Positions 9,284-18,082 are shown, numbered from the stretch's first letter. The stretch: 64,000 nt of DNA from an uncultured cyanobacterium (GCA_963744145.1 CAVUSO010000001.1:1056001-1120000), one strand, 5' to 3'. The notes: generated by a model not told the origin, from the sequence alone. Translations and numbers: made by a program.

Positions 9284-9832
9284 TCAAACCCTAACTAGCT
9301 CTCCATTTAAAATATTCAAACAAGCTGGACTTTCATCCATAAAATTGAGGTATAATTTTTCTCCTTCAATAGTAGTCTGAGTAATAATATCTTTGCCGTA
9401 CCTCCAGATTTCTTTACCTGACTCAGTGATGGCAGTTATATCAACTTCTTGAACAATTAACACAATTCCCTGATTTTTGAGGGGTAAGAAATAATAAAAC
9501 AGGGAACTTAATTTGATTCTAAAAGCGATTTGTCGATTTTTTATATTTACTCCTACTACTTCCTGGTTATAGCCGAACATAATAAGATCCAACTCTGGCT
9601 GCATTAATAAATTCGGTTTTAACCCATACCCTTGTGAACAAATGCCAATGCCAAAATAATGCAGTCCTGATGTTTGGGGACGCACAATGGCTGCATAAAA
9701 TTTCTGTTCATAATCATCATCTTCATTGAGTAATATGCTTCCTAAATCACATTGATTTAAAGAGTAAATTAGCTCTTTTTGTGTTGACCATTCTTGCAAT
9801 TCTATCACGTTTTCAGTAAAAGTAATAAACAT
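9284..9832 (-). CDS. Hypothetical beta-rich protein, putative immunity protein for the upstream toxin tip
   Basis: Starts 1 bp after the toxin-like ORF stop; acidic and beta-rich; no catalytic motif recognised. Confidence 0.55.
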   Translation of the reverse strand: MFITFTENVIELQEWSTQKELIYSLNQCDLGSILLNEDDDYEQKFYAAIVRPQTSGLHYFGIGICSQGYGLKPNLLMQPELDLIMFGYNQEVVGVNIKNRQIAFRIKLSSLFYYFLPLKNQGIVLIVQEVDITAITESGKEIWRYGKDIITQTTIEGEKLYLNFMDESPACLNILNGELVRV

Positions 9833-9833
9833 T

Positions 9834-10241
9834 TTAGTTGACTCCAGATTTTAAGAAAATTGTTATAAGTTTATTATTTTGCCAAACTGTCTCCATTCTA
9901 AGAGCGCCTCTTTTTCCCATCAAGAGAGAATCTTTGACAATTCGACCATCTGGTTGCGTTCTAATGATGTTGGTCGAGTCATAGAAAGCAGTTTCGATAT
10001 GGCGTACCATGTAATCCCGGTTTTCTATTGTATCATAAATTCCAATCGATTCTAGGAGTCGGAGCATTTCTCTGCTTCTGATCATGTTATCTGGACTACC
10101 AGTTGCTTGTCCAAAAAGATAAGAAAGCTTTTGAACAATCTTAGCTTGACGATGGGCTTGACGGATATCGGTAATAATAAAAGCGAGAATAATAAATGTT
10201 AGATCGGCAAGCAGAAGAGCTAGTTGAAATTTTGCTTTCAA
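9834..10241 (-). CDS. Polymorphic-toxin C-terminal-like domain (putative RNase), probably an orphan/truncated tip
   Basis: KLSYLFGQATG..NMIRS..L.SIGIYDT..SLLMG..GAL..ETVW..LIT resembles Rhs/CdiA C-terminal toxin tips; weak TTG start. Confidence 0.5.
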   Translation of the reverse strand: MKAKFQLALLLADLTFIILAFIITDIRQAHRQAKIVQKLSYLFGQATGSPDNMIRSREMLRLLESIGIYDTIENRDYMVRHIETAFYDSTNIIRTQPDGRIVKDSLLMGKRGALRMETVWQNNKLITIFLKSGVN

Positions 10242-10290
10242 TGTTGTTATAGTTATCTCTCCATACTTATGTATTCCTGGTCTATTGTAG

Positions 10291-10513
10291 ATTATAGCGT
10301 GATCGCTATTCTTAACTTTCTGGTATTAACGTTATCTCCCATTGGATCGATTTTAAACCTATCAGCGTTACTGACAGGTAATCTTGTCACTTTGAAGTTA
10401 CCGTGAGTTTCGAGGAGATGAGCGATCGCCTCCGCATCAGAAGCCGGTCTTTCCAAATGTTCTTTGATAACAGGATATCGGTTAATCTCAACTACTAATG
10501 CTTCTCACTTCAT
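10291..10513 (-). pseudogene. Truncated caspase N-terminus
   Basis: MK*EALVVEINRYPVIKEHLERPASDAEAIAHLLETHGNFKVTRLP...AITL*; homologous to the starts at 6690 and 18041. Confidence 0.85.
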
Positions 10514-10605
10514 TGACTATTCACTACTTGTATTTTAGAGTATTTGCTGACTATTCTATATTCATTCAACTCCTCCAAGCTAGGATCTTAAACAAAACTT
10601 CAAGG
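10511..10605 (-). repeat. Copy 2 of the caspase-gene leader; overlaps the stop codon of 10600-11385
   Basis: Direct repeat of 6688-6782. Confidence 0.9.
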
Positions 10606-11385
10606 ATTATTAGTTTGTGAAGGGTTATTCGCATCGTCCCACAGTTGTTTAATTCCTTTGTACAAGCCATCATAATATTTTTGGTCTTGATAGCGGGTAA
10701 TAAAAATTACAATGCTTTCATGGGTTGGCTTAAACTCCGATATTAAAGGAGAAATCCTTGCCCATCCTTTAGGTGTTTCTGGATCGACGATCCAAATATT
10801 GCAAGTGGGAAAAGCATCATAAAGAGCATAATGTAACTGTTGCGGGTAAGTTTTTTTTAATTGATCTAGCTGGTCAGTAAAATTCTTTACATCTTGCTTT
10901 AAATCATTCAGCGATCGCTTCGTAAACTCTGCATAACTTTCAGCCATTTTACTATCAGGATCGAAAATCAAAAATTTTATTTTTAACTTGGAATTATTTT
11001 TCAAAGCTTCGTCAATATATACGCTCAATCCTTGACGTACAGCAGTAGAATAGGTTGCGGCTTTAATATAAATAGTATCTTGAACCAAATCCCAAACTTT
11101 ATTAATATCTTTATTAGCAGGTACTTCTCTCCTTCTTAAATATACTGATTCCACTGGTAAACTAATCGCTTTTTGCAATTTAACAATCACCCGTTCAATT
11201 AATTCTTCTTGCAAAAAATTTTTATACAGAGTTTCCACAACTCCGATTGCTAAGGTTGCTGACCCAGCATTGCTCAAGAAATCTTTTGCATATTGATAGC
11301 TACTCGGTATTAATGCTGAAATTAGCATCATCACCAAGCCTACTAAAATAATGACAGCACCTAAGAATTTATGAACAGTTTTCAT
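10600..11385 (-). CDS. Two-TM protein with C-terminal DUF5919/inactive PLD-fold-like domain
   Basis: Two N-terminal hydrophobic helices; DTIYIKA, KIKFLIFDPDS, YDAFPTCNIWIVD, QLWDDA pattern. Confidence 0.6.
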   Translation of the reverse strand: MKTVHKFLGAVIILVGLVMMLISALIPSSYQYAKDFLSNAGSATLAIGVVETLYKNFLQEELIERVIVKLQKAISLPVESVYLRRREVPANKDINKVWDLVQDTIYIKAATYSTAVRQGLSVYIDEALKNNSKLKIKFLIFDPDSKMAESYAEFTKRSLNDLKQDVKNFTDQLDQLKKTYPQQLHYALYDAFPTCNIWIVDPETPKGWARISPLISEFKPTHESIVIFITRYQDQKYYDGLYKGIKQLWDDANNPSQTNNP

Positions 11386-11517
11386 CGGTTTTTATACCAA
11401 TAACTCACGAAATTGCACTTAATTAGTGAGGCAGCGGTGGGTTTATTATGCTGATCTGCCTTTACCAACATTGATCGGTAAACCTGCCCCCACCAACAGA
11501 TCAATTACTGAACCATA

Positions 11518-13014
11518 TTAACCTAATATTATTTTATCATTCACTCCTCGGCATAAAAATTCTCGTACCCTAGCAATAACTTCTGCTTCAGTGCAACGAC
11601 TAGGACGGTAAAATATTGAAATAATAGGATCTTGCAATGTATTGGTACTCTCCATATTTTTGAAATTTAATTCTGATTGATTAGCCTCTTTCTTGGTTAT
11701 TAGTGCTTTCACTGTTTCACCCGGAAGTTTATGCAACCAGACTCCTACCTCTGGATCATAAGTCTCTTCACCACATAGCCATTCAAACATTTTATCTAGT
11801 AAATAAGCATTCATCCGCTTGATGGTAAAGTCACCCCTAGCTTGCAATTGGTAGGGATAAAGACCAAACGTAATAATTTTTAAATCTTTGCCTTTTTCAC
11901 CATAGCTTTTTTCTAAATCACGATCTTTATCCTCTTTCAAATCCTTCAAATACTTGGCAACGGCAAATTGATTTTCTATTTTGGTTTCTGTTTTGGTTCC
12001 TATTTTGGGTTCTATTTTTGTTTCTATTTTGGGTAACTTTTTTTTGAGCTTACCCCATTGTATGCTTAAGTTTTCCAAGGAGCGAGAGCGATCGCTCACT
12101 CCACATATATCAGGCAAAACTTTCATGTATAGTTTCTTATACTCATTATCATGTTTCAGCAAATCATCATTATTCTCAATGAGTTCGTTAATATGAATCA
12201 GAATAAGATGCCTGCCGATCGCCCGACACTGAGGCATACTAGAATTAGTCAATAACCAGCGTACTTCTGTGAGTTTATTTAATTGCTTATCTTCACATTT
12301 TTGCTCGATCCAATCTCGTTTATCCGTAGTATCTGGCAGTTGGGTAGTTGTGCCTTGAATCATATCTGATAGAATGCGTTTAAAGTTGATCAGAATTTCT
12401 TTATACTCGGAGTCAAACACAAGCTTTTGCATACCGTCTTTGACAAAATTAGTGCTGACTAACTCAAGCAATTGCTCATTCATACAAGGTGAGAGCATCT
12501 TGGTGTCTTTACCAATTTTGACATCAACAATGCAATGAGTACAACCGATCGCGATCCGTTTAGATAGAATAGAAGCATAAACAAACGGAAAATTAGTCAT
12601 CAGGTTCGTAGCACGACGAGCATCCATCAACACTTTATCAACGGGTGCTAAAGCGTCTGTTGGCTGACAAATTACGCCTTGTTCTTTTTTACATTCCTGC
12701 ACGATCGCTTCTGCATCGGTAGGAAAAGATAAACCACCACTTTCTAAAATATCCACTGTGCCACAGCTACCACCTTTAGAGGGAAGCTTGGTAACGTACA
12801 TCTTTTTATCTCCCTTTTTGTTATTTTCGCTTGCAGCTACCATCAGCCAGAGATAGCCAAAAATAGGAGTGATATTGGCAACGCATCCTGTTGATGCTAC
12901 ATCCCATCGCTGGGCAATATTTTCGCTTTCCCAAAGTTTTGACAATTGATCAGCTAGTCCCGATCGAGCCATTTCTTTAGTAAATTCATTGAGATTGAGT
13001 TTAATTTCGCTCAT
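11518..13014 (-). CDS. Divergent thymidine/pyrimidine-nucleoside phosphorylase (NP-II, glycosyltransferase family 3) homolog
   Basis: DVASTGCVANIT, GTVDILES, LAPVDK...ARR, ASILSKRIAIG, VDVKIG, LLTN..PQCRAIG and DPEVGVWLHKLPGETV align in order with DeoA/Pdp motifs. Confidence 0.8.
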   Translation of the reverse strand: MSEIKLNLNEFTKEMARSGLADQLSKLWESENIAQRWDVASTGCVANITPIFGYLWLMVAASENNKKGDKKMYVTKLPSKGGSCGTVDILESGGLSFPTDAEAIVQECKKEQGVICQPTDALAPVDKVLMDARRATNLMTNFPFVYASILSKRIAIGCTHCIVDVKIGKDTKMLSPCMNEQLLELVSTNFVKDGMQKLVFDSEYKEILINFKRILSDMIQGTTTQLPDTTDKRDWIEQKCEDKQLNKLTEVRWLLTNSSMPQCRAIGRHLILIHINELIENNDDLLKHDNEYKKLYMKVLPDICGVSDRSRSLENLSIQWGKLKKKLPKIETKIEPKIGTKTETKIENQFAVAKYLKDLKEDKDRDLEKSYGEKGKDLKIITFGLYPYQLQARGDFTIKRMNAYLLDKMFEWLCGEETYDPEVGVWLHKLPGETVKALITKKEANQSELNFKNMESTNTLQDPIISIFYRPSRCTEAEVIARVREFLCRGVNDKIILG

Positions 13015-15782
13015 TTTTTTTCTTCCTGATGTTGAATAATTTTGTCTGGATGGTTTTGCAGTTGGATTAAAATACCGTCAACTTCTGGACGCAGATTTGT
13101 TCCCCGTGCCCCAAGGATAATCTTGTCAAAAACGTCCTTATATGCTTCTTCAGTTTTTGACTGATCGGGAACTTTGGGCATAACTTTTTCCAAATGCCAT
13201 GCTGAAGCTAGAAAAGCAAAAATCGAAGCCCAAGGATCGATATCTGGAAACTTGGAGGAATTGAGGCAATAGGCAGACAGCGCCCATCGGAGTTCTACCA
13301 TATCTAGCTTGCAGGTTTTGAGAGCAAATCGGCGGATCGTCGCGATCGCTTTGAGGGCGTTCCCGATCGGCAAAATCAATGCTTGAGACGCGGCGAGATC
13401 GGGCTTGATTAACTGAGCCACAAAAAATTCTGCACCATTTCCCTCAAATTCCACTGCCCGAAGCGCTAAATCAAGCAGGTGATAATGAAGCTTGTCTTGG
13501 CTACCTTGCGGCAATAGATTAGCCAGATTGACCAAAGAGGGAGTCAAGTGATGATTCCAGATTTCTACTTCCAGTTTGGCGAAGTCATAAGCCACCATGC
13601 CCCGATCCTGCGATCGCTCGAAGTCAATTAACCAACCCACCTGTTCCTGTTCGCTACCAAAGAGTATATTTTGCAGGTTAAAGTCGCCGTGAATAGTTCC
13701 TATATGAGCAGATAGGGTGTAGTGATAGGGAATTTTGGAGCGATCGCCAAAATAATCAAACGGGTTGGGCAATTTGTCTTTAATTCCTGGTAATTTTTCC
13801 AGCAGTTGATTAATTTCCTCACCCTTTGTTGAGAGGGCATCCTTTGTTAAAATGACCTTCTCTGCCAGGGCTACACTGAAAATCTTGTCTTGCATCTTCT
13901 TAACTTCTTGGCTGCGATCGTCCAGACACACCAGCACCTCCACCGGCATTCCCGGACGAATCCAAGTCGCACCAAACCGTTGACAAATATCTCTACCTCT
14001 GCCCCGCAGCTTGATGCGAACTCCCAGATCGGGATGGGCTAACATAACAGAACCTTCACCAAACTCCCCTTCTTGGGCGCTAACTTCTAACAACTGCCAG
14101 CCACAGAGCAAGATTTTCTCAGCATTTTGAAACTTTTGGCGATCGCCCCAAGAGGAAATATCTTCTTTGCCGGTTTTAATATCTTCTTTGTCGGTTTTCT
14201 TTTGCCTTTCCAGTTCAAACGATGCCAGAGTCCAAGCAGATTTTTCTTTGTACCCCTGAGCAATATAGGATTGCAGAGGCTTCACCTTACGCTCTTTGCC
14301 TTCGCCAGATAGATTAGCACTGTCGCTGGGGATCTCTAAATCGTCAGCAGAAACAAATTCTAAGGGAATCAGAACACCCGATAGAGGTGGTAGCGTGTTA
14401 CCTAGCCACTGCCACAAAGGAAGTTTTTCCGTTGAGAGTTGAGATTGGGCTATTCCAGAGTGAGAAAGGGGTTTGAGGACTTTTTCGAGGGTATTTTGAA
14501 TGCGACTGACGAGGAAATCTCCGCCTGTCGGTTGGTTGAGTTGTTGCTTCATCAAGTCATCCAGGGGACGCAAGCGCTGGTAGTCTTCTGGGAAACCAGC
14601 CAGAGAATACATCAGTGCGCCGGTGGGAATTTGCTCGCTGTTGCTGGGACTGACAACGGGTTTGCGGATGATGGCGGCGGCGTAGCTGTTGAGTCGGGGC
14701 TGGATCACTTGTTGATAAGCAAAATATTCTCTCTGGATGCTCAACCATGAACCAATTTTCATAAACCGGGTAGCCTGGTTTTTGGGCTTTAAGAAAAAAG
14801 TGGCTTGTGCGGCTGACTTGCCAGAGGTGAGCAGTTTGACGAGTTCGACTTCATCTCCACTAGGAAATAAGGTAGCAATCAGTGTCAAGAGGGAATCTCC
14901 CTTCGGGCTTTTATCCAGAGGTGGGGTCAAGCCAAGTTGTTTGAAGAATTTTTTGCCAAGGGGAGTGCTGATGTCAATTTTGAACTGGTTAGTAAAGGGA
15001 TTATCTTGATATGCGCTGTATAAGGTTTTAGCCGTTTCTTCTAAGTGATGTTCCAAACTGAGGTAGTGGAGAGGCTCGATCTGTTTTTCAACTTCATTAG
15101 CATTCTGTTGGGTAGAGCTATCATTATCATCTCTATGATGGGTTTGGTTTTTGTAGAAGCACCAAGATGCTCCATAGGATAAGCCTTTCTCTAGGTATTT
15201 GAGTTCTTTAATACCTGTAAATAAGAAAGAGGGAATTTCTGGATATTTCTGAGAAAGAATGTGGATGGCACGGTATCCCATGATTTTCCATTTTTCCTCT
15301 TCCTCTTCCTTTGGAATAAAATCAGTCAGGGTGGGTTTCCACTCAAAATCGACTATAAATGCCGCAATATGAGGGCGATCGCGTTCTACCTGGTCAAAGG
15401 TTATTGTAGAGGCAATTAATTCGTAACTAGGCTCTGTATTATTGCTAGGAATCCAAAGCGGTGGTGCTTTGACATCAAAGACTAATGATAAGCTGTTTAG
15501 GTTTAGACAAAATCCTTTTAAAATCTCTTCCAGATCACTATCACGATCATCACACTTGATTTTTTTGAGACAGTAATATTTGCCAATTTTTTTATCATCT
15601 GTCTTAAAATCTCGGACTATATATATATTTTTTTCGATGTCGAAAGTAACGTAGTTATTATAGTCGTCAAAAACATAAATAACTGGTTTGAGACCACCCA
15701 GGGTAATATAAAAGCTCCGGTATAGGCTCTTTTGGATAGCTTTGATATCATCTGGAATTAAATGGGACAATAGCGATGTCAT
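13011..15782 (-). CDS. Receiver (REC) domain fused to an APH/choline-kinase-like phosphotransferase (TCAD9-like)
   Basis: REC: IYVFDD, FIVDFEW, PEIPSFLFTG, GASWCFYK; kinase: SGKSAA, FMKIG, REY, IHGDFNLQNIL, WLIDFE, YDFAKLE. Confidence 0.8.
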   Translation of the reverse strand: MTSLLSHLIPDDIKAIQKSLYRSFYITLGGLKPVIYVFDDYNNYVTFDIEKNIYIVRDFKTDDKKIGKYYCLKKIKCDDRDSDLEEILKGFCLNLNSLSLVFDVKAPPLWIPSNNTEPSYELIASTITFDQVERDRPHIAAFIVDFEWKPTLTDFIPKEEEEEKWKIMGYRAIHILSQKYPEIPSFLFTGIKELKYLEKGLSYGASWCFYKNQTHHRDDNDSSTQQNANEVEKQIEPLHYLSLEHHLEETAKTLYSAYQDNPFTNQFKIDISTPLGKKFFKQLGLTPPLDKSPKGDSLLTLIATLFPSGDEVELVKLLTSGKSAAQATFFLKPKNQATRFMKIGSWLSIQREYFAYQQVIQPRLNSYAAAIIRKPVVSPSNSEQIPTGALMYSLAGFPEDYQRLRPLDDLMKQQLNQPTGGDFLVSRIQNTLEKVLKPLSHSGIAQSQLSTEKLPLWQWLGNTLPPLSGVLIPLEFVSADDLEIPSDSANLSGEGKERKVKPLQSYIAQGYKEKSAWTLASFELERQKKTDKEDIKTGKEDISSWGDRQKFQNAEKILLCGWQLLEVSAQEGEFGEGSVMLAHPDLGVRIKLRGRGRDICQRFGATWIRPGMPVEVLVCLDDRSQEVKKMQDKIFSVALAEKVILTKDALSTKGEEINQLLEKLPGIKDKLPNPFDYFGDRSKIPYHYTLSAHIGTIHGDFNLQNILFGSEQEQVGWLIDFERSQDRGMVAYDFAKLEVEIWNHHLTPSLVNLANLLPQGSQDKLHYHLLDLALRAVEFEGNGAEFFVAQLIKPDLAASQALILPIGNALKAIATIRRFALKTCKLDMVELRWALSAYCLNSSKFPDIDPWASIFAFLASAWHLEKVMPKVPDQSKTEEAYKDVFDKIILGARGTNLRPEVDGILIQLQNHPDKIIQHQEEKK

Positions 15783-15801
15783 GTTGATAAATTCACCTTA
15801 A

Positions 15802-16374
15802 TCAAAACTTATCTTTATTTTCGTGCAAGTATTTAAATGTATCAAACATTAGTTGTTTTTCTTCTTTTCTGTTTGTTTTACCACTAATTGTTAAATCTTC
15901 AAATTGTTTCCAATTAAAATCAGGATCGGTTGGATTTCTTGAACAACACATATCAGGCTTTTCATTAGGTTTATCTCCAGTTGCATAAGCAATGACATCT
16001 TCAATATCATGAATAGTTACTTCAAATTCATCTAGCTCAGTTTTGCGAAAGATTCGCTCTCCCAAATCCCTTCTTTCTGGTTTTCCCGGGCTGGCAAACC
16101 AAAATATTTTGTCAGCTTGAATTTTACTATCTGTCCATATTTCTTCATTACTAGAGTGAATAAATACCACTAACATTTTCGGTAATTGTTTTATTTCATT
16201 CTCATCCAGATTCCCTTCAGTTTTAGGTTTATGTTTCTTGATTTTACCTATATCTGAAACCACATAAACTTCAGTAAATTTACTAGGCAAAATAATTTCA
16301 CTCCATTTCTTCCATCTGTCGATAACGCTATCAACCAAGCAGAATGTTAGTATATTTGTGTTTGCCGATGTCAT
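15802..16374 (-). CDS. Hypothetical protein, probable degenerate stand-alone receiver domain
   Basis: Strand pattern FCLVD / LVVFIH / IFWFASPG / IFRK fits a REC fold with Asp replaced by His; operonic spacing 17-19 bp. Confidence 0.5.
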   Translation of the reverse strand: MTSANTNILTFCLVDSVIDRWKKWSEIILPSKFTEVYVVSDIGKIKKHKPKTEGNLDENEIKQLPKMLVVFIHSSNEEIWTDSKIQADKIFWFASPGKPERRDLGERIFRKTELDEFEVTIHDIEDVIAYATGDKPNEKPDMCCSRNPTDPDFNWKQFEDLTISGKTNRKEEKQLMFDTFKYLHENKDKF

Positions 16375-16391
16375 AAGTCAATTTTCTCCTT

Positions 16392-18041
16392 TTACTTTTC
16401 TTTTTCATTAATAAAAGAAATAGCAACTAATCTAAGTGTATCCTCTTCCATGTAAATTGAACTAGGGCTAAAAAAACCTTTGTCGCTAATCAACAAATTC
16501 ATCCACAAGCTTATTATTGCTTCTCTTGTATTACCAACAGGTTTAGGAGTATAAATATTTTTCGCCAGAGCGGATACTTTTTTAGCTAAACTTTCCGTTT
16601 CTCTTGGGGCAGGCTCATCAGCAGGCCATTTAAAGACAATGTTTAATGCAGTTCCCTTGTACTGGAAGAACGCTTTGCTTACCATAGATGTTTCTGCTGA
16701 ATCCCGTTGCTGAAATAAATGAAAAAACAATTGACATAAAGCGATCGCTGATGACTGAGCTGTGTCTACATCTTGCCGATGAAATAAAGGTGATTTTGCT
16801 GCACTGAGATCTTGCCAGTCAACCCTTTGAGTCAGAAATTGTATATCCATATCTTTCCAAGCTAGACGGTGTGCCATAAGTGCTAATAAATAAGCTGCTC
16901 CAACTGAAATATGGCGACTTCTTTTAGGATTATCTTGGCCTAAAAAATAACTACCACAAAGATGCTTAAGGGATTCATGTAAGTTCTTAACAGAATTTTC
17001 ATTCCACCAATGCTCAGGAAAAGTAAATCCAAGAGCTTTTTGAATTTCTTCTTTATATTTATCAACCTCATATTTAATGTCAGCGTTAGTCTGACTTTCT
17101 TGAAAATGTTTAGCGATTTTTTGAGATTCATGTTCCAATATAAAGTCTTTCTTAACATCCGATGCTGAAAACCAGTTAGCTGTTGAATTCCATAGTTGTT
17201 TCAGTGTTATTTCTATAGAACTAGAATATGAGTAGATTGAATCAGGAACACCTCCATTTTTTGTAAGAATAATAGGATGATCACTATTTCTTACCATTGG
17301 GCGTTGAGGCTTATCAAAATTTTTTTCTACTATAAAATTTTCATCCGGTCTGTCTTCAATAAACTCTTTAAGTATATGGCTAGTAATCCAATCACGAGAC
17401 TTTGATAATTTAGGGTTAAGACCTTCGATAAGAGCTTTGACTAGGGGGCTACGATCATCTGCATCAGCATAGAGTGGCTCTTCTACGTTGGATGAGACAA
17501 TCCAGCAGCGATCGCGCCCTGGTTTATCTTCATCATCTTCAGGAAATTCCAATAGTTCTCCACTATGGCCACAAACTAGCCAAACAACTTGTTGGGGAAC
17601 AGGACTTTTTTTCAGCAATCCACGCAACCATTGGAGAGAAACGCCCCACGCTGGCTTACCTTTGCTATTTTCGCTTTTAGTATCGCTAGTTGCTAGAAAT
17701 CCTTCAAAGTTACCTGACTGGTTTGTTCGGCGAAGACCGATTCCGGTAAAAAATAGCAGGGCTGTATCAGGTATACTTTCTTTGGCTGCGAATAAATCTG
17801 TAATGGCAGTTACCAAATCTTTTTGCCTTACCAATCCATTAGGATCGAATTGCCATTCATCGAGTCCAAACGGCAGTCGCTTGACTTCAAAGCCGCCATA
17901 TATTTCCAAGAGACGGGCGATCGCTTCTGCATCTCTAACAGGCGTAGTTAATTTCGGAGTAAGGCCATCCTTATCCTTGAGCTGGGGATACTTATTTATA
18001 CCGACAACTAATGCTTGTCTCCTCATGTCTGCTACATCCAT
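16392..18041 (-). CDS. Pseudo-caspase (dyad mutated) fused to an uncharacterised C-terminal domain, possibly a degenerate histidine-kinase/GHKL fold
   Basis: ALVVGINKY...DAEAIARLL; FTGIG replaces FAGHG and LVCGHSG replaces LDCCHSG; ~280-aa unknown C-terminus. Confidence 0.8.
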   Translation of the reverse strand: MDVADMRRQALVVGINKYPQLKDKDGLTPKLTTPVRDAEAIARLLEIYGGFEVKRLPFGLDEWQFDPNGLVRQKDLVTAITDLFAAKESIPDTALLFFTGIGLRRTNQSGNFEGFLATSDTKSENSKGKPAWGVSLQWLRGLLKKSPVPQQVVWLVCGHSGELLEFPEDDEDKPGRDRCWIVSSNVEEPLYADADDRSPLVKALIEGLNPKLSKSRDWITSHILKEFIEDRPDENFIVEKNFDKPQRPMVRNSDHPIILTKNGGVPDSIYSYSSSIEITLKQLWNSTANWFSASDVKKDFILEHESQKIAKHFQESQTNADIKYEVDKYKEEIQKALGFTFPEHWWNENSVKNLHESLKHLCGSYFLGQDNPKRSRHISVGAAYLLALMAHRLAWKDMDIQFLTQRVDWQDLSAAKSPLFHRQDVDTAQSSAIALCQLFFHLFQQRDSAETSMVSKAFFQYKGTALNIVFKWPADEPAPRETESLAKKVSALAKNIYTPKPVGNTREAIISLWMNLLISDKGFFSPSSIYMEEDTLRLVAISFINEKEK

Positions 18042-18082
18042 TACAATTACAATTGGTATGGTATCTCAACATTAACACGATT

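Noticed and set aside
6785..10300. Integron cassette array
   Set aside because: No integrase, mixed gene orientation and no recurring attC-like sites recognised
17488..18075. 195-aa plus-strand ORF, and similar shadows at 2467-2850, 14439-15009, 18839-19153, 21237-21599 and 43799-44116
   Set aside because: Antisense to well-supported genes and lacking recognisable motifs
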